Of a stretch of DNA of 64,000 nt, positions 54,730 to 64,000 are shown one piece after another. Where the stretch lies: contig OZ024745.1 in NCBI GenBank assembly GCA_964016885.1, positions 29,450,001-29,514,000 on the forward strand, written 5' to 3'. The notes under the pieces were generated by a model. That model made no database searches. It was not told where the DNA came from and saw only the letters and a list, made by a program, of their open reading frames with translations. This DNA is from Eledone cirrhosa. Its lineage: Eukaryota. Made by a program: the position numbers and the translations under genes. Each line of letters opens with the position of its first letter. Position 1 is the stretch's first letter.

Positions 54730-55172
54730 GGGTGCATGGCTTAGTGGTTAGAGCATTGGGTTTGCAATCGAAAGGTTGTGAGTTCATCCTTGGACTGGGT
54801 GATGTGTTGTTACCTTGAGCAAGATGCTTTATTTCACATTGCTCCAGTTTACTCAGCTGTAGAAATAAGATGATAGGGCTGGGGTCCCTATCATTCCACT
54901 GCAAAGTGGTCGTGGAGGTGCCATGGCAAAAACGCACCCAGCTCACACTGTAAAGTGGACGTTTAAGCGCCACGGAAAAAAAGCACCCAGCACTCACTGT
55001 AAATGAGGTTGGTGTTAGGAAGGGCATCCAGCTGTAGAAATCAAGCCAGAATCAGTTCCCGTATGAGCAAGGCATGGTCAGCCGACCGGACACTGTCCAC
55101 AACAGGACAACCCGTCTAACCCATGTTAGCGTGGAAGAACGGATGTAAAACAGTGATGATGATGATGATGAT
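54730..55172 (+). mobile_element. Full-length CORE-type SINE family B (long-tail subfamily)
   Basis: tRNA head and CORE-like block. The 3' about 270 bp match the 3'UTR of RTE copy 3 (44218-44482). Confidence 0.88.
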
Positions 55173-55183
55173 GTGGGTGCGTG

Positions 55184-55217
<34 letters not shown>

Positions 55218-55520
55218 ATTATCTGTGTATTTGTGCTCTTGTATGAATGTGTCTGTTTCTTGTTACCTAGCAACACCACCTACTAAGTTGTGAAATGTGA
55301 GTAATCTCATCAAGAAATCTTATAAATACACAATTTACACATGACTAACAGGAAGTGACCAGCAATGGATGATATAATGAAATAAAGAACTATAGAAATA
55401 TAGAAATGAAATAAATAAGATATAAAAAATTTCATGCATCATATATATAGAGAGTAAATAAAGCTAATCCAATGACTCAGACAACACATGCTAGCATGGA
55501 AAAATGCATATAAAATGATG

Positions 55521-55578
<58 letters not shown>

Positions 55579-55622
55579 CTATATATATGTATATATGTAT
55601 ATCTATGTATATATATATATAT

Positions 55623-55658
<36 letters not shown>

Positions 55659-55659
55659 A

Positions 55660-55698
<39 letters not shown>

Positions 55699-55791
55699 AG
55701 ATATATATATATATGTATATCTATATATATATATACATATATATATGTATATATATATATGTATATACATATATATGTATTTATATATCTG

Positions 55792-55841
<50 letters not shown>

Positions 55842-55989
55842 ATAGAAAAAACGTGGAAGTTTCATTTACATATAAAAAATATTTATTGCGTATCGAAATA
55901 TATATATATAACACAAATTGGAAAGCTGTCCTGAAATCAAATCAGTCCTCTATTTTCTATTTTCTATTCTCTGTTTGGGTTCAATGTAA

Positions 55990-58400
55990 TATTGTTATAT
56001 AATTCCACAAATAACTCCTGATGAAATCGTCTTGCATCATGATCAGATGATAGGGTTGGGCCATCAAAAATTCTAATCCAAATTTTCCAGTTCGCTATAT
56101 ATATATTTCGTTTCCGAATTTGTTTAGCAAGATTCTTTATCTGAAAACGTGTGTTGAAACCGATATTGTTATACTTTGTAGTTACTAGCAATGACCATAA
56201 GACGAGCAGTGACTCTGTCACAGGACCACCAACACGGCCAGTCTGTGGAGCTAACATTGCTAGTAACTACAGACTTTCCTACTTTCTCTCTCTGATCATA
56301 CGCCCCATCATTGAAATGTCCCCAGATATATGTGACATCACGGAGGACCTCCTCAGCAGAATCGGTGAAAATAACCGATCTTGGGACCTAACAGACTGTA
56401 TAATAGGTAGTATGGATGTTGTGTTCCTATATCCATCTATTGACGTGGATTTTGCTGTGGAGAAATGCGTAGAAATGATCAGTGAGAGCAATGTTGAATT
56501 CCGTGGGATTGATACCAGTGAGCTGGGACTCCTACTTAAACTTACCTATAGTAATGATTATCTAGATACGTATGACCTTAGCAACCTGTGCTCTACAAGA
56601 CCAGCAAGAGGCAGACCACCTACCATTACCTCAATGGCCAAGAAAACCCATGCAGAAAGATGGAACGGGTGGACCAGAGCCATACGGACCCCTGAAAACC
56701 GCGATGAACTAAAGAAAATGATTGCACATGCAGTGGGGGCCAGTATAAAACTAACCCTTAAGGAATATATGTTCAAAGTTAATGGAAAAACATATGCCCA
56801 AGAGGAGGGAGCAGCCATTGGTGTTAGCATTGCAGGTGACATAGCTAACCTATTCATGGTATGGTGGGACAATAAACTTAAATTTAAACTTAAAGAACAA
56901 TTAGAAGACAGCAACCTCTTAACCCTGATAATGTACTCCCGCTACGTTGATGATATAAACATCGTAGTAAAAACACCCCCACTAGAGAACAGTCAGGAAT
57001 TAGAGAAAAACACCATGGAAAGCATCCAGTAAATCAGAGTATTAGAGTTACTATAGACTACCCAAGCAAACACCCCAACCATCGATTACCTGTACTAGAC
57101 ACAGAGCTCTGGTTAGAAACCATTAATAACAAAAAACAAATCCTCCATTCCCATTATGCCAAACCCATGCCTTCCAAATCCACCGAAACTCAGCTGTCTC
57201 GGATCACACCAAAATCAACATACTGATTGCGGATTTGATACGGGTGATGAGAAACGTGTCCCGCATGTGAAACTCCAATGAACTAGAGAGACACATACAA
57301 CACTTCATCCACCGTATGCAGTTCTCTGGTTACAATCAGAGAGATAAGATCAGAGTATATAGAGGAGCCAGAATCAAATGGGAAAAAATGGTAAATAATG
57401 ATACAAATGGGACCTGCCCCTTGTATAGGAGCAAATTTTGGAATAGAATAGAAAGAACTAGGAATAAGGTTAATAGAATAAACTCATGGTATGATAGCAA
57501 TAAATACCAGAGTGTAATGTTCATCAATACAACCCCTAGAGGTGAATTAGCTTACAAATTTAGAAGGGCCCTAGATAAACTTAAACTTAATATTAAGATA
57601 GTAGAAAGACCAGGTACCTCCATAAAAACACTTATTAGCAATACATACCCTTTTCAAATACTTCCCTGTATAGATAAGAAATGCATAATCTGTAAACTAA
57701 GCCCCCATATTAACTGTAAAACTAGAAATGTAGTATGTAGCATAAGATGTACTGAAGGACAATGTAAAGATAAGAATATAGTGTACATAGGTAAGACAAC
57801 TCGTAGTATAGGAGAACGGTTAAATAAACACTGGCAAGAACTTCAAGATAAAAAAGAATCATCAATACTCCACCAACATGCTAAAATAGAACATAAGGGC
57901 AAATTAGAGAACATAGAAATAAAAATAGAATCTACGCACAGAAAAGATGCAATGTTTAGACAAATCATAGAGGCAATAAACATAAATGAACTCCAACCAA
58001 ATTAAATAGAAAACATGAATGGAATAGCAACATCACAACTTACAATTAAGGACAAAATGAAAACACACACACACATAGAACAAACAACCAACCAGTAACA
58101 TGTAAATAAACAAATAAATAAACAAATAAAAACACACACAGACACCCGGATGTAACACATGCGCAAACTAAGCACACAACACACACAAAAACAAGATGGC
58201 GTAGGACAGAACAAAGGAGAGGCACAAAACAAAGAAAAGAATCCCCAGTCACTGAAGAGGTAACAGAATATGTGACGAAAGAACTTTGACAATATATGAA
58301 CAACCGTCCAGTTATGGAACCAACCAACCAACCAACCGGAAATTTATAAATTCTTAAATTTATAAATTTAATTTATAATAAATTGGAGTGAAAGCAACTG
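55990..58400 (+). mobile_element. Penelope-like retroelement (RT + GIY-YIG), disrupted, with probable 5' inversion
   Basis: GSMDVVFLYPSI, QEEGAAIG..IAGDIANLFM, RYVDDI, LPVLDTEL, VVCSIRC...VYIGKTTRSIGERL..H, RQIIEAINI. Confidence 0.9.
58248..58290 (+). ncRNA. Minimal type I hammerhead in the Penelope 3' region
   Basis: gtca-CTGAAGA(58252-58258)-g-gtaaca-gaata-tgtgac-GAAA-gaac-TT-tgac. This is the expected location for a PLE HHR. Confidence 0.7.
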
Positions 58401-58442
58401 GTGCGTGTATTTCTTATTGGCAACATGACCCTCCCAAATTAT

Positions 58443-58475
<33 letters not shown>

Positions 58476-58479
<4 letters not shown>

Positions 58480-59757
58480 GGAAAGGCGTAGGTAGAAACT
58501 CCATTTTATGTCCCAAATGCAAAGTATGGGTGCATAAAAGATGTAGTGGGATCACAGGTAAGCTAACTAAGAACACAGATTTTACATGTGGCCGGTGCTC
58601 TGGTGCAATAAGTAGCAGCAAGTGCCCACAAAATACTAGCTCTTTCAATTGCGCAGAGGGTTCTATAGAAATAGTGGACAGCTTCCGTTACCTGGGTGAC
58701 AAAATCAGCAGTGGGGGAGGGTGCTCTGAAAGTACAGTAGCTAGAGTCAGAACTGGATGGAAAAAGTTCAGAGAGCTTATACCACTATTAGCCGCTAAAG
58801 GGTTCTCCCTAAAAATGAAAGGCAGGTTGTATGATGCCTGCATACGAACAGCAATGTTGCATGGCAGTGAGACCTGGGCATTGTGTGCAGAGGATATACG
58901 CAGACTAGAGAGGAATGAAGCTTGCATGTTCCGCTGGATGTGTAATAGTAATATACGCGAATGGCAAAGCATAAACGAACTAAGGAAAAAATTAGAAATA
59001 AGAGGGATCAGATGTTGTTTACTCGAGAGAAGGCTACATTGGTATGGTCACGTGATGCGCATGAAAGACGACAGCTGTATAGCAAAGTGCAGGGCAATAA
59101 AGATAGACGGTAGCCACGGAGTAGGCAGACCCGGAAAAACCTGGGACGAGCTGATAAATTCTGACCTCACACACTTACACCTCTCCAAGACAATGTCACT
59201 GGACCGAGACCTTTGGCGGTACTCAGTAATAGAGAAGACCCGCCTTACCTAAATACAAAGTAAAACCTACTACAGTCAGTAGGCATCTCTAACAAAATAC
59301 ACCCCCGTCCCACCACTCCCACCCCATCCACACAAAGCCCCTTTCAATGTAAAGTTATGTTGGTGCCACAAAATCCAGGCCGAAACAAATGAGATCGTGT
59401 AGGTGTCATGACAAAAAAACACACAGTCCACATTGTAATGTGACCGTGTAGGCAACACGGTAAAAACCTCCCAGCCCCACACTGTAAATGTGGTTGGTGT
59501 TAGGAAGGGCATCCAGCTGTAGAAAACCCGCCAGACAGTCCACGCTGTAATGTGGCCGTGTAGGCAACACGGTAAAAACCTCCCAGCCCCACACTGTAAA
59601 TGTGGTTGGTGTTAGGAAGGGCATCCAACTGTAGAAAACCCGCCAGACAGTCCTATGCGAGCAAGACAACCACTCTTGCCTCAAGTGGGAAAACTCCCGT
59701 CCAAACCCATGCAAGCGTGGAACATGGACGTTAAACGATGATGATGATGATGATGAT

Positions 59758-59760
<3 letters not shown>
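58476..59760 (+). mobile_element. RTE LINE copy 4, 5'-truncated
   Basis: C-terminal ORF to 59252 (FRYLGD, MLHGSETW, WYGHVMR, GRPGKTW). The 3'UTR has an internal duplication and a (GAT)n tail; (TA)n flanks. Confidence 0.92.
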
Positions 59761-59791
<31 letters not shown>

Positions 59792-59881
59792 CACGCATTT
59801 TATTAAGGCTAAATAGTGAGTCTTGTTACTCTGGAGTTTTGCCTGTTAATCACAGGTTTATCAGACAAGAACATGGATATA

Positions 59882-60075
59882 ATAATAATAATTGTTTCTA
59901 CTTTTGGCACAAGGCCAGCAATTACCCAGTACATTACTAGTACTTTATTTTATCTACCCCGTAAGGATGAAAGGCAAAGTTGATCTCAGCGGGATTTGAA
60001 CTCAAAATGGAAAGGGCCGTAACTCTATGCGTCAAAGCATGGCGTCCGACCCTCTACCGATACTGCCAATCCACC
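59882..60075 (-). mobile_element. SINE family A
   Basis: Reverse complement of 1465-1660. Confidence 0.85.
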
Positions 60076-60076
60076 A

Positions 60077-60640
60077 ATAATGAAAATATTGTGTACAGTG
60101 CTCAGGTGCATTACAACTCATCAAAAGTGTATATAGTACATAGGGTAATGTACAAACGTCAGGAAAATGAACAGTGCATGAGTCATGATATACACATGTG
60201 TGCATGTGTATGGAAGGGGTACATCAGGTGTAGTTTTGGCGTATTTCGGGAAGCATGAGGGTTTTAAAGGATGCAGTGTCTCGGCAGCTAACAACTGACG
60301 CAGGCAGTTTGTTCCATACTTCAGCAAGTCTAAGCGTGAAAAAATGTTTCCGAAAGTCATGGGAGCTGTGCTGTTTTCTGATTTTGTAGGCATGTCCACG
60401 TGTGTTAGACACATGGAGATCAAAAAGGTGCTCAGGGTTGTTGTTGGCGAGATGGTTAATAACTTTGTGGGTGTTTACCAAGTCCATTGCCAGATGCTGG
60501 AGCTTCAATGAATCCATGCCCAGGGAAGCAAGGCGTTCAGAGTATGGTAGGTGTCTGATGGAGGGTATGCGCTTGGTTGCACATCTCTGAATAGTTTCCA
60601 GGAGGTCAATGTTCTGAGCAAGATAGGTGTTCCAGACTGA
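60077..60640 (-). mobile_element. CR1 3' fragment, about 560 bp
   Basis: Reverse complement of 9846-10405. Confidence 0.88.
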
Positions 60641-61235
60641 TATATATATTATATAACTAAACTATAAATAGTATAACAGTATAATATAGTATGGTATGGT
60701 ATGGTATGGTAGTATTATATAGTATAGTAAAATGTAGATTATTCTTGTCTCAGTACTGATTGAGTAAATGTCACCATTGATGGATAAAATACCAGAAACA
60801 CATTCTCTATGGAAACTGAGATAGCTTTGACATGACAACAGCTTAAATATTCCCACAGTTCTGCTGCTACCATAACAAAAAGCAAAAGGCACTTAGTCTA
60901 CCCAGTAAGGTGGTTGTGCTGGTGACACAAGAAAAAGCATCCAGTCCATGCAGTAATGTTGGTGGTATTAGGAAGGACATTTAGCCATAGAAAACAAACT
61001 AATATACAGATCGGTATGAGCAAGATGTGGTCACTTGAACCAACTTGTCTCATAACATGACAACCCATCTAACTCATGTAAGCATGGGAAATATGTTACA
61101 CACATTGATGATGATGATGATAATGAATACACACATACATATGTATATATAAATATATACTTATATACTTATATACACACACACAACTAACATACATCAT
61201 CATCCTCATCACTTAACATCTATTTTCTCTGCTAG

Positions 61236-61294
<59 letters not shown>

Positions 61295-61764
61295 GTGTGT
61301 GTGTGTGTATGTGTGTGTATTCATTATCATCATCATCATGATAATCAGAATACAGCATGCAAATAATGATAATTCTGAACACAACACAAACCTGTTGGTG
61401 GTCAGTCAGTGTATACACAGTAAGTCAGTTGGAATAATAAGAAAATTTCTTAAACTGACAATTTCTAAAGTAAAGTGGATTTTAACATCTACTTTCTTTG
61501 GAAAATTACCGCGTCTTTACAGACCCATGGCTTGGCAGATTGCATTGGTGAGAGTCATATTGTAGTATTATTGAAAACAAAACATGTACATTAATGGTAA
61601 TTCTGCAGAAGGCAGTAGGAATTCCTTTTACAGACATGACAGTTTGGCTTTCTTTACATTTCACAGACTAATCTCCTTAGATTTACTGTGCTTCATGTCT
61701 CCCATAAATCATGCATCATTTCTCCTAGATTGTTTCAAAACAAGATTATATTTTATCTTCCTTT

Positions 61765-62210
61765 AAACCACCAACACTCTGAACTACCAACCCTCTAAAC
61801 CAGTAATGAATTAAACTGCCAACCCACTAAACTACCAACCCATTAAACAACCAATGCATTAAACTAACAAACTAATTGAACTACCAAACCAATTAAACTA
61901 CAAAAATCAATTAAACTGCCAACCATCTAAACTTCAAATCTATTAAAACACCAACCAATTAAACACCACTAACCCATTAAACCACAAGTCAATTAAACCA
62001 ACATCTCACCAAGCCACAAACCCACTAAACCAACAAACCTCTAAACTACAAAGCCCCAAAACAGCCAAACCACTAAACCACAAACTACTGAGCCACCAAT
62101 TCATTAAACTGCTCAAGTCATTAAATCAGAAACTCACTAAACCACCCTAAACTAACAGCCCTCTAAAATAGCAGCCCACTAAACCAAAAACTCACTAAAC
62201 CACCAACCCA
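61765..62210. repeat. Degenerate minisatellite of about 19-20 bp (accaacccattaaact-like)
   Basis: Recurring taaacNaccaa motif. Confidence 0.7.
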
Positions 62211-62806
62211 ACTGTATTTTCCCCATAAACGATTAATACATTGAGCTCTCTCACATTTGGTAATGAATGAGTGATATACCCACACCTATTCATGTCCTAC
62301 TATATATATATCTATATTAAGGTACGCTACTGTCAGATGTGTGCTAGCTGGGATATCTATGACCTCAGAGATGGAGCTGAAGGATTGTCAGTTGGTTTAG
62401 GTGAGGGGGCTTCATCCACAATCCAGACCAGTTCTCTACCCTCATTCTCTTGGATGCTGGTTTGATCCTGTCTGTAGTGACAGCCGTTATAAATCAAAGA
62501 AAGGTGAAGTGAATGATGAACAAAAGGAGAGAAAGCAGATGAAATCTTTATGGGAGCCATATTTTTAGTTGAAAGAAGAAATTGTTTGCAGTAATTTTTG
62601 CCCCTAAAGGCAGAAATGAATAAAGCTGACCCACCCCTTAAAAATGGGGTAGTTTCCTTAAATATTTAGGAGGGTAAAGAAGGTATTAAGTCCTAAACAT
62701 AATGGAGGACAAAGCAGACCCTTTGAATTATTGTGTAAGTGGCAGAGCATTCCACAGACACATGTACCCTTAAAATACCCAAGCTGAAACAATATGACAC
62801 GATATA

Positions 62807-63003
62807 TGAGGTCAGCTGAAAAGTTCTTAGGCTGACCAAGATACTCTCATGGAATGACCAAATGAGGTTTATTTTTCCACATAGTCCTTGGAAAGAAACA
62901 ATGCGCTTATGAATAAGAAGAGTTGAAAACAATGTATGCAAGATTTCACAGTACTAGCATCACTCCTTCATAGTTAGCCTATGAACTTTTCAGCTGACTC
63001 TCA
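62807..63003. mobile_element. mariner-type MITE
   Basis: TIR tgaggtcagctgaaaagttc with TA flanks; same family as 7157-7354. Confidence 0.8.
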
Positions 63004-64000
63004 TATATATATAACTGACATTCCCTTGGTTATGTCGACAAGTGTTCCGGTGGATATGATCAACAGAACAGCCTGCTCTTAAAATTAACATAGCGGTGGC
63101 TGAGCATTCCACAGACATGCATACCCTTAATGTAGTTCTCAGGGAGCTTCAGTGTGACACAGAATATGACAAGGTTGGCCCTTTGAATTACAGGTGTAAC
63201 TCACAGAACCCCCCCCACCTCTTGTATGACAGAGTTGGTTCTTTGAATTATAGGTACAATCTATCAAACAGGTTTCCACACAGTTTTTGCCTATCCAAAT
63301 TCATTCACAAGGTTTGGGTTGACCCAAGGCAGCCATGTTAAAATATATTTACCCAAGTTGCCATGCAGTCTGATTGAATCAGAAATATAAGGATTGCAAA
63401 GTGAAATTGTTGACCATTCCACCACAGTCGCCATTATCTGGCACTAATATAATACAATAGTCATACACACATACAGGCAAACAGACACTTACAAACACAC
63501 AAGCATACACTAACACTGACATACACACAAACAAAAAGTGACACATACACACACACACACATACAGAGACACATACACGCACACATGCATACGCAAATAC
63601 GTATAGAAGCTCATACAGACACAAACACATACAGAAACACATATGCAGACAAACACATGCAGAAACACATACACACTCACACTTGCAAACACAAACATAT
63701 ACAGAGACACATGCGCACACACAAACACATACATGCACACAGATGCACACACAAACACATACAGAGAGAGCCATACATACACACATGTAGACTCACACAC
63801 ACAAACACACAAACTCTTATGTTTGCCATGTTTTAACAGTGGCACTGTTGAAAAGGTCTGGTAATGGAACATGGAATGGAACAGATCTTTTATTTGATTG
63901 GCAATATCATAAACATATATGTCTTTCTCTCTCTTCTCATTCTCTCCCTCTCTTTCCATACACACATATATCCATATATCTATCTATCTATCTATCTATC

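Noticed and set aside
62330-62480. Possible host exon on the minus strand
   Set aside because: There is a plausible acceptor, but no recognisable protein, clear donor or partner exons.

Overview
AT-rich, microsatellite-dense eukaryotic DNA with no host gene I can recognise. The repeat landscape resembles an octopod cephalopod genome (inference). It is a mosaic of decayed transposons: one near-full CR1-type LINE, several RTE LINEs with (GAT)n tails in (TA)n tracts, an RTE copy with three C-terminal C2H2-type fingers, Penelope-like elements, R4- and CRE-like 3' fragments, two tRNA-SINE families, mariner/Tc1/piggyBac MITEs, a non-autonomous Helitron and a 49-bp minisatellite. Most ORFs in the track are microsatellite artefacts. 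The main result is a set of about ten hammerhead ribozyme (HHR) motifs. Two of them are colinear 102-nt copies (30191-30292 minus, 43962-44063 plus) of an HHR-like fold with the three catalytic strands in non-circularly permuted order (NUH, GAAA, CUGAUGA). They show compensatory changes and a predicted kink-turn, and each lies in a terminally redundant 532/632-bp retrozyme-like unit in (TA)n. All folds were assigned by eye and none has been tested.
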